Source: a virus
Virus record (IMG/VR): IMGVR_UViG_3300033990_000306
Span: 24,475-88,474 of that record
Length of the DNA stretch: 64,000 nucleotides
Reading direction: 5' to 3' (one strand)
Shown here: one piece after another, positions 1-9,453 of the stretch
Layout: each line of letters opens with the position of its first letter
Numbering within the stretch: the stretch's first letter is position 1
Translations under genes and position numbers: made by a program
Notes under the pieces: generated by a model
Databases searched by the model: none
What the model was told of the DNA's origin: nothing
The model's input: only the letters and a program-made list of their open reading frames with translations

Positions 1-2
1 AT

Positions 3-2198
3 ATTTTGGAAAAGACAGAAATGACTCTGACTCAAGAAACCTTCTTTAAAGTGGCAGTAAAAGAATTATTGAGTTTAGTTTTTAGTGAAGAAGTAGTTTA
101 TTCTCAGGGAGTAATAGAAACTTTAACTTTAGTATTGACTGAAAAATATTCTGCTTCTACGGAGTTTAAGGAAGAAAGTAATTTAGTATTTGGGGAAAAA
201 TATTCTTTTGACTTAATAATAAAGACTTTGTTAGACTTATATTTGGCTTATAAGAAAAATATAAGCTTATTATTTTCAGAAGAAAATGTTATTAGTTTGC
301 TTGAGGAAATAAGAGAGAATGTAGCATTGAAAGAGGAAGTTAGTTTAGCTTTAGAAACAAAGGAGTATAGTAGTGCAGAAAGTAAATTTTCTGAGGAGTT
401 TTTGTTACAAGAGAAAAGTACTTTTGCTACCACTATTATAAGTTTGTTAGACTTATTGCTTACCGAGAGTAGTTATGTTAAGAACATTAGTATTGAAAGT
501 TTATTAGAGTTAATTATTAGTGAGAAAGAAACTTTCAAAGTTTTACTAAGTGAGTTGCTTAGTCTAACTTTTCTGGAGAAGACTATTATTGGTCAGCGTT
601 GGGAGGAAATAACTAACTTAGTGCTTGAGGAGTTAAGTAGTTTGCACGTTGCCGAGACTGAGACTAATTCTTTAAGTTTGGTGGAGGAGGTCGTTAGTAG
701 AATTTTATTGAGATTGGAAGAGGGATTAGTATTGTCCTATAGTAACGTTTCTTTGCTTAATATAGAGCAGAGTATAGAGTTACCTTTAGAAGAAGTAACT
801 ATAGCAAAAGTTAATACTAATTACTATGAGAATTTGCAACCGAGTGAAATTTCTAATATTGAGCTTACATTACTTTCTTTTGGGGACTTAGTTTTAAGTT
901 ATGTTATTTCTCCGCCTAAAGTAAGTTTTGAGAAACATAGTAAGGTATTACTTTATTATACATTGAAAAATGAGGTAGACATAGAGGAGAGTTTAATAGT
1001 ACTTCCTCAAGAGTATACAAGGTTTTATATTGATTTGGAAACCTTTAATGAAATTGTATTAACAGAAACTACTATTATTGCTAGACTAGAGAATATAATA
1101 GAGACACTATTGTTAGAGAGTTATACTGAGTTTAGTTTAACCGCAAAAGAAGTTACTGAGTTAAATATTTTTGAGGAATTTTATTCGTACATTCGTACCT
1201 TTCTGACAACATCTCTTGGGCTAACTTATGATTTTAGCTTGTTACCAGCTATAAGTGAGCTATTGGAGTTTATATTTTCGGAGACTGCTTTTATAAATAA
1301 GGTTGCATTGGCGGAGACTATTGATGTGAACTTGGTGGAGAATTACTTTAATTACATTAACACTACAAAGGAAACAGAAATTACACTTACAGAGTTAATA
1401 ACCAATGAAATAAAGTTAAACGAGAAAGGAGAACTGAGCTTTGAGTATTCTGTTAAGTTTGGGGTTTTAGACTCATTTAGAGAGGAGTTGCAGGTTACTT
1501 ATTCATATTTTGTTGGGGGAAAGGTGGAGAAGTTTTTAGAGAGTGACTTAGGGTTAGAGGAATTTCCGACAATGAATATAGTTTTTCCAAGAAAGGAAGA
1601 GGAAGTATTAGTAGAGTATTCAGAGTTAGTACCTTCTATAGAAGAGTTTAATGACTTAAGAATTGTAGAGACGATAAGTGAAGCAGTAGATGGAGTATTA
1701 AACATTAAAGAGATTTTGCCGTTAAGAGTAACTGCTTTTGCTGGAACAAATTACGTTACTATGCTGGACTTCTTCCAACATTACTTTACCAGTATTAGTG
1801 GAATTAGTTTTAATTCTATTTATGACTTAAAGAATTATGACTTAGTAAGACAGGGGAATGGGATATTCTTATGGACAGAAAAGCAGGATGAAGATTATGT
1901 TGGGTTTGGTAACGAAGTCTTTGGAAAGTATATTATTGGGGCAGACTTATATTTATTTGGGGTTAATACTGCTACTTTGCTTAATACTATAATTTCTGAG
2001 GTAAGTAAATTGACTGGTGACTTTTCTGCAAATTCATTGTTAGTTGGGGGAGAGTATATAGTTTGGCTTAAGTTGTTGGGGCAGAGAAACTTTCAGAGGA
2101 AGATGAGAGGGGCTACAAAGTATAGGTTTGTTTTTGAGTTAATGACTTATAATGCTATGAAGTATAATAGGTATGGTATAAATATGAGCGAGGTATAA
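3..2198 (+). CDS. 5'-truncated long acidic repeat protein (fibre/whisker-like) with C-terminal tail-completion-like domain
   Basis: Frame is open from the window edge. About 19-20 aa E.L.L.E quasi-repeats. The last ~150 aa are paralogous to the C-terminal part of 2208..3923 (KNYDL.RQ, Y.GFGNE, RGATKYRF). Confidence 0.55.
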   Translation: MLEKTEMTLTQETFFKVAVKELLSLVFSEEVVYSQGVIETLTLVLTEKYSASTEFKEESNLVFGEKYSFDLIIKTLLDLYLAYKKNISLLFSEENVISLLEEIRENVALKEEVSLALETKEYSSAESKFSEEFLLQEKSTFATTIISLLDLLLTESSYVKNISIESLLELIISEKETFKVLLSELLSLTFLEKTIIGQRWEEITNLVLEELSSLHVAETETNSLSLVEEVVSRILLRLEEGLVLSYSNVSLLNIEQSIELPLEEVTIAKVNTNYYENLQPSEISNIELTLLSFGDLVLSYVISPPKVSFEKHSKVLLYYTLKNEVDIEESLIVLPQEYTRFYIDLETFNEIVLTETTIIARLENIIETLLLESYTEFSLTAKEVTELNIFEEFYSYIRTFLTTSLGLTYDFSLLPAISELLEFIFSETAFINKVALAETIDVNLVENYFNYINTTKETEITLTELITNEIKLNEKGELSFEYSVKFGVLDSFREELQVTYSYFVGGKVEKFLESDLGLEEFPTMNIVFPRKEEEVLVEYSELVPSIEEFNDLRIVETISEAVDGVLNIKEILPLRVTAFAGTNYVTMLDFFQHYFTSISGISFNSIYDLKNYDLVRQGNGIFLWTEKQDEDYVGFGNEVFGKYIIGADLYLFGVNTATLLNTIISEVSKLTGDFSANSLLVGGEYIVWLKLLGQRNFQRKMRGATKYRFVFELMTYNAMKYNRYGINMSEV

Positions 2199-2207
2199 GG
2201 AGATAAT

Positions 2208-3923
2208 ATGAAGATTACAATAACCAATGACACTAGTAATAATCTTCCTGCTTCTTATTCTTATAGTTTAAATTTGAGTGGGCTGGTGCCATTTAATTCT
2301 TATGGGAGCAATATTTATTTTACTAGTTCTACAAGCGGTAATAGAATTTATAGTTGGTATGAGGGTGGGGGAGTTTATTGGGTTAATATAGGGAGAGAAT
2401 TACTTATAAGCTCTACAGTAAATGTTTATGTTAAAATTGGAACTACTGGGGCTAATTATTTTAATTCTTCTACTGGTTGTTCACCACTAATTAGTACTAC
2501 TTATGGAGAGTATGATACTGGGTTTAAAGTATTTCAGTTTTATGATAATTTTGCAGGTACAGTATTAAGCTCAGCGTGGACTACAATTACTACTAATGGA
2601 GGTACATATTCAGTTAATAATGGTATAACTGTTAGTGAAAATACTCAAACAACCGATATGAGAGTAGTAACAAAATCAACATACAGTAATGGTATACTTG
2701 AGGCTTATATTTTGGGTCAAACCTTTGGAAGTTATAGAGGTACTGGGTTAGAATATGATACAGTATTGCCAAATAGTAGTGGAAATAATGGACAATATGG
2801 ATATAGATGGATGTCTTCTCTTAACAGCGAGCCGGGAAACTATATTCAGTCAGTGGTAAATGGTGGGGATAATACTATAGTTAGTCTTGGTAGTATTTCG
2901 TCTTCTTATAATTTTCTTTTAACAGCAGATTGGAATGAAACGGGTTATGTAGCTTGGTTTAATAATTCTTCTACTACACCACTATTATCAGTAAATAGTA
3001 GTACAGTTACTTATGGTCCAGCTTATTTAGCTATTTATGCTGGGTCTGATGGAAGTAATATAGGGACTATAGATGTCGCTTATATTAGGTTTAGAACTTC
3101 TTTTAACAATGAGAAACCTAACGTAGCAATTCCACAAGGTTTAAATTTGCTTTCAGAGTTGACACTTGTTAGTAGTACTATAGTAAAGGGTTATGGGTTT
3201 GACTCTCTTACTAATACATTGACTGTAGTTCCTCTTAATTTATCTCCAATTTCAGAAATAGGATTTAATGAAGTATTTGGGGAAGAAAGTAGATTTGCTT
3301 TTTATGAGGGCTTTTTTAGTTTTCCTAAGAGTATTGGGGTAATTCCTCCTAACATTCCAATATTAGAGTTTATGGATTCATTTTTCGAAGGACTGTTACC
3401 AGTAGAGCATATTTATGAAGTAAAGAATTATGACTTGATAAGACAGCAGAATGTTGTTGTTATGTGGGTGGATGACTTAGACCAGACTTATATTGGGTTC
3501 GGTAATGAGAGTTGGGGAGATTATTCTATTTCGGCTGATATTTATTTAATTGGGCAAAATACTAATGGGTTGCTAGATAATATTGTTAGTACTATTCACC
3601 AGAGAGTAGCTAGTTTTGATAGTAGAAATTCCTTTATAGAGCTTGATAAAGTTGTATGGATTAAGTTGGAGAGTGAGGAGAATTTTCAAAGTTCAGTAAG
3701 AGGGGCTACAAAGTATAGGTTTACTTTTTCAGTAAGAGTTTATATTAATGAATTGTTGGATAGGTACTCTACTGGGGGAGTTACTAGTATGTATATGAAT
3801 ATTTCTGGAGAAAGTTCTACTGGGATAAGTACTAGTTATAGTAGTACAATATTAGTTAATGCTGACATTACGTCAGAGCAGTTTAATCAACTTATGAGTT
3901 CTACTATTAGAAAAATTATTTAA
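2208..3923 (+). CDS. virion protein: N-terminal DUF2341/concanavalin-A-like domain plus tail-completion-like C-terminal domain
   Basis: ITITN...IYF...SWYE...YWV...YGEYDTGFKVFQFYDNFAG pattern typical of DUF2341 proteins; shared C-terminal domain; AAGGAG RBS. Confidence 0.6.
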   Translation: MKITITNDTSNNLPASYSYSLNLSGLVPFNSYGSNIYFTSSTSGNRIYSWYEGGGVYWVNIGRELLISSTVNVYVKIGTTGANYFNSSTGCSPLISTTYGEYDTGFKVFQFYDNFAGTVLSSAWTTITTNGGTYSVNNGITVSENTQTTDMRVVTKSTYSNGILEAYILGQTFGSYRGTGLEYDTVLPNSSGNNGQYGYRWMSSLNSEPGNYIQSVVNGGDNTIVSLGSISSSYNFLLTADWNETGYVAWFNNSSTTPLLSVNSSTVTYGPAYLAIYAGSDGSNIGTIDVAYIRFRTSFNNEKPNVAIPQGLNLLSELTLVSSTIVKGYGFDSLTNTLTVVPLNLSPISEIGFNEVFGEESRFAFYEGFFSFPKSIGVIPPNIPILEFMDSFFEGLLPVEHIYEVKNYDLIRQQNVVVMWVDDLDQTYIGFGNESWGDYSISADIYLIGQNTNGLLDNIVSTIHQRVASFDSRNSFIELDKVVWIKLESEENFQSSVRGATKYRFTFSVRVYINELLDRYSTGGVTSMYMNISGESSTGISTSYSSTILVNADITSEQFNQLMSSTIRKII

Positions 3924-3960
3924 CTGCTAATTTAAATATTACTAATGAATATGGTGAAAT

Positions 3961-5259
3961 ATGGTTACAATACCGAATGGTGTTTTATATTATGCTCCGA
4001 TTACTTTGACTTATTATTATAATGAAGTAGTTCCTCACGTTGAAATAGACACTTTACAGAATATAACAACCACCTATACAACTACTAACGCTACTATGTT
4101 GGGCACTACTTATCAGCAACAGCTTTTCATTCCTATGAATAATTCTTATAGTACAACAGCTAATTCAGATTGGAGTAATGTAGTGTTTTTTGATGTTGGT
4201 GGAAATTTATTGCCTTCTTGGATAGAGAATTTTAGGGGTATAGGTACTGGAGGGACTACGGCTTTAGTGTGGGTTAAGAATGCTGGGTTTAGTACTAATT
4301 CTAGTACAGTTAAAATGACAGTTGCTAGTACTACTCAAAGCCAAAGTAATTTAATTACAGTTTATACAACTACTTATAGTACTACTAATGTTATTACTTT
4401 CAGTAGTACAATGTATATAGGCTTCCAAGACAAGAGAAACTTTCTCTTTAATTCTGGAGGTACAACGGGGTGTAATTATTTGCTTAAGTTGGGGTTAGGA
4501 GGAGTAGACAATGGTAAGCAGGTGTTTAATTATTATGGAGGGTTTGAGGTACAGGCAATTCCTTTTGATTGGTTAATGATGTTTATTTATAAACCAGAGT
4601 TTCCTAGTGATGGGGGAGTGTTAATAAGTAGTTTAGGGGGATGGCAGGGTTATGTTACTAGTTATCAAACTAAAGTTCCAGAAATATTAGAGTGTATGTT
4701 TAATAGTGGGACTGCTAATACAGCCGCTTTAGGAGTAGTACAGAATAGAGAAGCTGGTATTAATCAACAGCCAGTAGACTTGAGTGACACTAGTTTTGAC
4801 AACCCAGTAGGAAATTTAGCTCCTACATTTACTTTACCTACAAGAGGGTTTATGCAAATGGAGTTTAATGTTGGGGGTTATTTTGGAGAATGGTGTATAA
4901 AGACTAGTAATATGCAAGACCACGTTTGTGCTGGGTATGCTTTTAATGGGAGAAATTATGTAATGAGTTTATTTGTTACTGCTGACAAATTGCAGGGACA
5001 GAGTAATTATGGTAATGTTAATATGACTAGTCAGAGTACTAGACAGACTACAGGTATTCCTTTCTTTGAGGTTAATGTGCCGGGTCAGAGTGGGTTTTTA
5101 GACTTTGGAAATTTTAGTGGGAGTAATACTCAATTCTTTTGGTTGAGGACAAGAGAATATGTTCAGCAACAGCCTTCGGCAGTATATGGAGTATTAAGTA
5201 GTAATGTAGTAGCACCGACCTATACTTTGTCTTTTAAGGAGAGTTTGGGGGTTAATTAA
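3961..5259 (+). CDS. DUF2341/lectin-like virion protein, possible receptor binding
   Basis: IPNGVLYYAPITL, NVVFFD..GNLLPSWIE, DNGKQVFNYY, FFWLRTR motifs; S/T-rich; TATA box at 3931-3936. Confidence 0.6.
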   Translation: MVTIPNGVLYYAPITLTYYYNEVVPHVEIDTLQNITTTYTTTNATMLGTTYQQQLFIPMNNSYSTTANSDWSNVVFFDVGGNLLPSWIENFRGIGTGGTTALVWVKNAGFSTNSSTVKMTVASTTQSQSNLITVYTTTYSTTNVITFSSTMYIGFQDKRNFLFNSGGTTGCNYLLKLGLGGVDNGKQVFNYYGGFEVQAIPFDWLMMFIYKPEFPSDGGVLISSLGGWQGYVTSYQTKVPEILECMFNSGTANTAALGVVQNREAGINQQPVDLSDTSFDNPVGNLAPTFTLPTRGFMQMEFNVGGYFGEWCIKTSNMQDHVCAGYAFNGRNYVMSLFVTADKLQGQSNYGNVNMTSQSTRQTTGIPFFEVNVPGQSGFLDFGNFSGSNTQFFWLRTREYVQQQPSAVYGVLSSNVVAPTYTLSFKESLGVN

Positions 5260-6014
5260 TGGCAGAAGAGAAGTTACCAGAGGCTATAATGGAATATCAA
5301 TTAAATGCAATTTTTAAAGCAGTTGGGCTTCCTTTTACTGGTAGTACTACTTATCAGGAGTGGAGTTTAGTAAATGTAGTAACTACTACTTTTTCAATAA
5401 CTTATAGTACAACTTTTTTAAATATTAAAGTGAGTACTACTATTTATGGTAATGGAGTTTTTAATATAATTTCTCCTTCTTCTTATTATGATATTTCAGA
5501 AACAGTTATAGCTACAGACGGAATTTCGACAACAAGTACTACGTTAAGTACGACTACTTTAACATTAGACCCTCGTTTAGGTTATTCTATAAGTATATAT
5601 TATAAGTACAATAGTGTTATAGAAATGCTTGAGAATATTTTAAAATTTAATGGTATTCCTGCTCAGTATATGGCAGAGGTTAAAAACTTACAAGTAAGGA
5701 CTAATAACCCTTCTGCTGTATTTGTTATGGATGAAGTTAAGCCCGTCTTGTATTGGCATAATTGGGCAGACGAATATAATTTTACTTTGCAAATATATGC
5801 CCTGAAGCCTAGTGTTGGTCCTTCAGCAGGATTCGGGGTTTATGATGAAATAGTTAAAAGAGACATTATGTATGACATTATTAACTCTAAGTTGACTACT
5901 GGGGGTACGGTTATAGGTTACAATGCCGTTTCTAATTGGCTAGCTATGAAGCAGAAGAGAGGAATAACTTATGTTGAGTATAAAATAAAAATACTGGTAG
6001 TGTATTCTTCATAG
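5259..6014 (+). CDS. putative tail completion/terminator-like protein with S/T-rich N-terminal insertion
   Basis: C-terminal half distantly resembles the shared domain of the two upstream genes (EVKNL.VR, Y.F.LQIY, RG.T...Y.I.I.V.Y). Confidence 0.4.
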   Translation: MAEEKLPEAIMEYQLNAIFKAVGLPFTGSTTYQEWSLVNVVTTTFSITYSTTFLNIKVSTTIYGNGVFNIISPSSYYDISETVIATDGISTTSTTLSTTTLTLDPRLGYSISIYYKYNSVIEMLENILKFNGIPAQYMAEVKNLQVRTNNPSAVFVMDEVKPVLYWHNWADEYNFTLQIYALKPSVGPSAGFGVYDEIVKRDIMYDIINSKLTTGGTVIGYNAVSNWLAMKQKRGITYVEYKIKILVVYSS

Positions 6015-6053
6015 AGGGGAATAGGATTATATACTAGTTTAAAATAATGGCAT

Positions 6054-6836
6054 ATGACTGATTATACGTTTATAGACACGTTGAATATGTTTGAACACGG
6101 TTACAGAGGTATTATAAGGACACTTGACGGAGATACCGTTTATATTGACGAGCCAGAAAAATTTAAGCAGGAATTTAAAGAAGACACAGATAAGAAATTT
6201 AGAGTTACTGACTCTAATGGGAATTACTTGAAGCTAGATGTTGTGGAGAAAGGTTATGATGATGCTAATAAAAGGTTTGAGGGCTATAATGACCTTCTTC
6301 ACGTTAATAAGTATGATTATGGAGATGGGAGAGAAGAGGGAGGAGACCCTAGAAGAAATTTTGTTTTGAGTATAGCTGTTGATATGGCTAGAAAGAGAGG
6401 GCTCGGAGAGGAGGGAGATAAGGCTATAGAAGGTTATGTTATTAGTAAATTTGACTCCATACAGACTAGGTTAGCCAAATACTATGGTATTAACTGGTTT
6501 AAATTTGCTAAAGTGGAGAACCCTTTTAGAGTTATTATTGTTTCATTCTTGAAGCATTATTTACAGAAAGATATAGACAATATCGTTATGTCTTTTCAGG
6601 AAGGGGTTTTGAAGAGTAATTATATGAATGACAAGCCCGGTATGACACAAATGCTTAATGTTAATTATACTCCAGTTATAGAAGATGAGAAAGCTATGGT
6701 TGATACTGGGGTTGACGAGAGTCTTAATCCTGATTTGTATAGGGCGGAAATGAACAGGATTAATGAAATGAAAAATAAAAAGAAACAACCGGAAGGTGTA
6801 TACCACGAGTCTAAAACTCAACAGAAATTAAGGTGA
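6054..6836 (+). CDS. hypothetical protein in morphogenesis module
   Basis: 260 aa ORF with genome-typical codon usage; no recognised motif. Confidence 0.5.
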   Translation: MTDYTFIDTLNMFEHGYRGIIRTLDGDTVYIDEPEKFKQEFKEDTDKKFRVTDSNGNYLKLDVVEKGYDDANKRFEGYNDLLHVNKYDYGDGREEGGDPRRNFVLSIAVDMARKRGLGEEGDKAIEGYVISKFDSIQTRLAKYYGINWFKFAKVENPFRVIIVSFLKHYLQKDIDNIVMSFQEGVLKSNYMNDKPGMTQMLNVNYTPVIEDEKAMVDTGVDESLNPDLYRAEMNRINEMKNKKKQPEGVYHESKTQQKLR

Positions 6837-6840
6837 AATC

Positions 6841-7257
6841 TTGTCAGGTAGCAATGACAGTATTGACGTTCCGATTTCAATTTTGATGAATATGAAAGAA
6901 GATATAGGTACTTTAACAAATAAAATAGAAAATATAGAAACTAAAGTTGATACTATAGACAAGAAGTTAGAAGTATTTACTGAGAAAATTATTCCAAAGT
7001 TCGAAGAAAAAGTTGATAATGTCGAAGATAAAGTTGAAAAATCATTAGTAGTTTTTGACTCTAAGTTAAATTCTTATGAGAAAGAAAATAAATTTCTAAT
7101 TGAGAAACAAAAAATAGATAGAGACAAGTCAGAAGTTGCTTTGAGTGAAAAGAGGACTAAAGTACAATTTTTTCAATTAATTGCTTATTTGTTTATTAAT
7201 GTAGGGGCGAGTGTTTCTACAGTTCTTATTGTTTTACATTTCTTAGGAGGTATATAA
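6841..7257 (+). CDS. coiled-coil protein with C-terminal transmembrane helix (holin/XhlA-like architecture)
   Basis: Heptad-rich N-terminus, hydrophobic C-terminus, AGGTGA RBS before TTG. Confidence 0.45.
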   Translation: MSGSNDSIDVPISILMNMKEDIGTLTNKIENIETKVDTIDKKLEVFTEKIIPKFEEKVDNVEDKVEKSLVVFDSKLNSYEKENKFLIEKQKIDRDKSEVALSEKRTKVQFFQLIAYLFINVGASVSTVLIVLHFLGGI

Positions 7258-9023
7258 TGCCGATAAAGGATATGACTGAAATTGTAATTAAGGAAGAGGA
7301 CTCTAGGTTAGTTAAAGGTTTTGCTTCAGTAGAAATATTAGACAGACAAAACGATATGGTTCCCGTTGACGCTATGCAGGGAGCTATGTTGAAGTATATG
7401 GAGAGAGGAGGGCTTATTATGTATGGGCATTTGAATAAGCCAGTAGGAAAGGTTTTGAGTTGGGAAGTGAAGGAAGAACCTTCGTATGGAGTTCCTGCCG
7501 TTGAAATTATAGCACAGATTAATAAAGGTTATAAAATGGAAGATGAGGTTTGGGAATTAATAAAGTCTCATAAACTTAGTGGGTTTAGTATTGGAGGAAC
7601 AGCTACAGAAGTTGGGGAAGCAAAGATGGCTGATGGTAGTAATGCTAGAGTTTTGAAATCTTTAGAATTGAGCGAAATAAGTATTGTTGTTGAGCCTGCT
7701 AATCAGGGTGCATTAATAAATGCTGTAAGTATTGCTAAGGCTAGTACTGAAAAAGAAATTGATGATAATGAAGTAGAGAAAGTAGCAGAAGAGGCGGTTA
7801 AGGAAATTTTATTTGAAAGAGAAATTTTGAAAGAGAATATTAACAAGAAGAGTTATCCGTGGAGTAAGTGTATTTCTGACCAGAAGAAGCACGGTTATAG
7901 TGCTGGGTCAGCAAAAAAGATTTGTGGTTCTATAAAGGCTAAGTATGGTAAAGGAATTGGAATGTTAGATTATGACGAAGATTTTATTATGCATACTTTT
8001 ATAATTCAGAAGGCAGAAGGGAAAGACCAGAAAGAGTATAAAGCTAGACCTTCGAAAATGTTTATGGAGTATTGTATTCCTAAAGCTCTAGAAAAGGAGA
8101 GAGGAGATGAGGGTGGAGCTAGAAGATTATGTGGGTTTATATTTTATTATGAATTTCGGGCAGATTTGCTTGAAGCAGAAGATTGGGCTATGAATGGAAA
8201 AATTAATGACGATATGCTTCTGCACCACAATATACATAGTTATTTTGCTTATCAGACTAAGAGTAGTATTATAAGTAGACATTTGGAGAATGGAGTATTT
8301 CCAACTTTGCAATGGTTTGATAAGTGTGTAGCTAATTATGAAGGGGAAGAGTCTCCAGAGAGAGCTTGTATTTATTTGTGGAGTTCTAATTACTATAATT
8401 TGGGTAAAGAGAACGAGCCGAGTGTACCTGTTATTGATGACGAAATAAAGAATTTGAGGTTATATTTTCCTAATGTAATAAAGAGTATTGACACAATGAT
8501 AGAGGTAATGAAGCCTTTTCACGGGTTTAAGAATTGGGAAGATTGTATGAAGAAAATAGGAAAAGGTTCGAAGAAGTATAGTAAAGAGGTCAAGCAAAAA
8601 ATTTGTGGAAGACTTAAAGCTGACTATGAAAAAGAAAATAACATTGAGAAAGCTTCAAGACTAAAGAGAGAGGAAGTTCCTGATTTCGTTAGTTGTCCTT
8701 ACTGCGGAGAGAGTGATTTTGAAGTAGGAGAGAGTTACCCAGTTATACCTAGTGGAGAAGGTCCAGACCCTAGTATAGAGGGAATGTTCTATGAAGCTAA
8801 ATGTAAGAATTGTGGAAAGACTTCTAGGTTTACAGTTTGGGATACTGGTAATGACGAGGACATTGAGGTACAATTTGAAGATGAGGAGACCGAGAAAGAT
8901 TCTCACTATGACCCAGAGATAGTTGACGAAAGTGAGGAAGACAAAGAGAAGCGGGAGAAAGAGCGAATAGAGAGATTTCTTAGGGCTTCGAAGGTTGACC
9001 AGACAGATAATAAAAAAAAATAG
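7257..9023 (+). CDS. HK97-type prohead maturation protease with long multi-domain C-terminal extension
   Basis: VKGFASVEILDRQND, YGHLNKPVGK (His), LSGFSIGG (Ser), LSEISIV.EPAN in the first ~160 aa; followed by four Cys-pair helical repeats and a CPYC..CKNC zinc ribbon. Confidence 0.9.
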   Translation: MPIKDMTEIVIKEEDSRLVKGFASVEILDRQNDMVPVDAMQGAMLKYMERGGLIMYGHLNKPVGKVLSWEVKEEPSYGVPAVEIIAQINKGYKMEDEVWELIKSHKLSGFSIGGTATEVGEAKMADGSNARVLKSLELSEISIVVEPANQGALINAVSIAKASTEKEIDDNEVEKVAEEAVKEILFEREILKENINKKSYPWSKCISDQKKHGYSAGSAKKICGSIKAKYGKGIGMLDYDEDFIMHTFIIQKAEGKDQKEYKARPSKMFMEYCIPKALEKERGDEGGARRLCGFIFYYEFRADLLEAEDWAMNGKINDDMLLHHNIHSYFAYQTKSSIISRHLENGVFPTLQWFDKCVANYEGEESPERACIYLWSSNYYNLGKENEPSVPVIDDEIKNLRLYFPNVIKSIDTMIEVMKPFHGFKNWEDCMKKIGKGSKKYSKEVKQKICGRLKADYEKENNIEKASRLKREEVPDFVSCPYCGESDFEVGESYPVIPSGEGPDPSIEGMFYEAKCKNCGKTSRFTVWDTGNDEDIEVQFEDEETEKDSHYDPEIVDESEEDKEKREKERIERFLRASKVDQTDNKKK

Positions 9024-9067
9024 CCAAAGAAGTTTATACAGTAACTAGAGCGGGTTATAGTTCTGGA

Positions 9068-9433
9068 ATGCCTTTCAGAGGAGGATTATGGTTTCAAGTA
9101 GTTTCAGAGCCTAAGCCTCAAATGGAAGACTTAGAAAATTTATGGGCTAAAGGTAAATCTGACAAAAATGTTAAGGTACATTATGGTAAGGTAGATTTGG
9201 AGAGACCATTTTATTTAGACGTTGATAATATTTATAAGTTTAATAAATTTATGTATAAAGAATTAAAGGTAGATATGGACGCTTTTAATAGTAGTTCAGC
9301 AATTCAAAAGAAAGTTTTTGCCTATTTAGAGAGTAAGGGTTATGATGGGTTAGTATATTATAGAGACGGAGAACCTATTACTTTAGTAGCTTTTAATCCT
9401 TCTGCTGTAGAGTGGTATGATGAAAAGGCTTAA
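9068..9433 (+). CDS. ADP-ribosyltransferase-like (ART-PolyVal type) domain, probably translated as a fusion to the protease
   Basis: GLWF...VDLERPF...L.SKGYDGLVY...LVAFNPSAV pattern. The frame stays open upstream to the A9 run at 9012-9020. Confidence 0.55.
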   Translation: MPFRGGLWFQVVSEPKPQMEDLENLWAKGKSDKNVKVHYGKVDLERPFYLDVDNIYKFNKFMYKELKVDMDAFNSSSAIQKKVFAYLESKGYDGLVYYRDGEPITLVAFNPSAVEWYDEKA

Positions 9434-9453
9434 TTTTGTTAAAGTTTATATAG

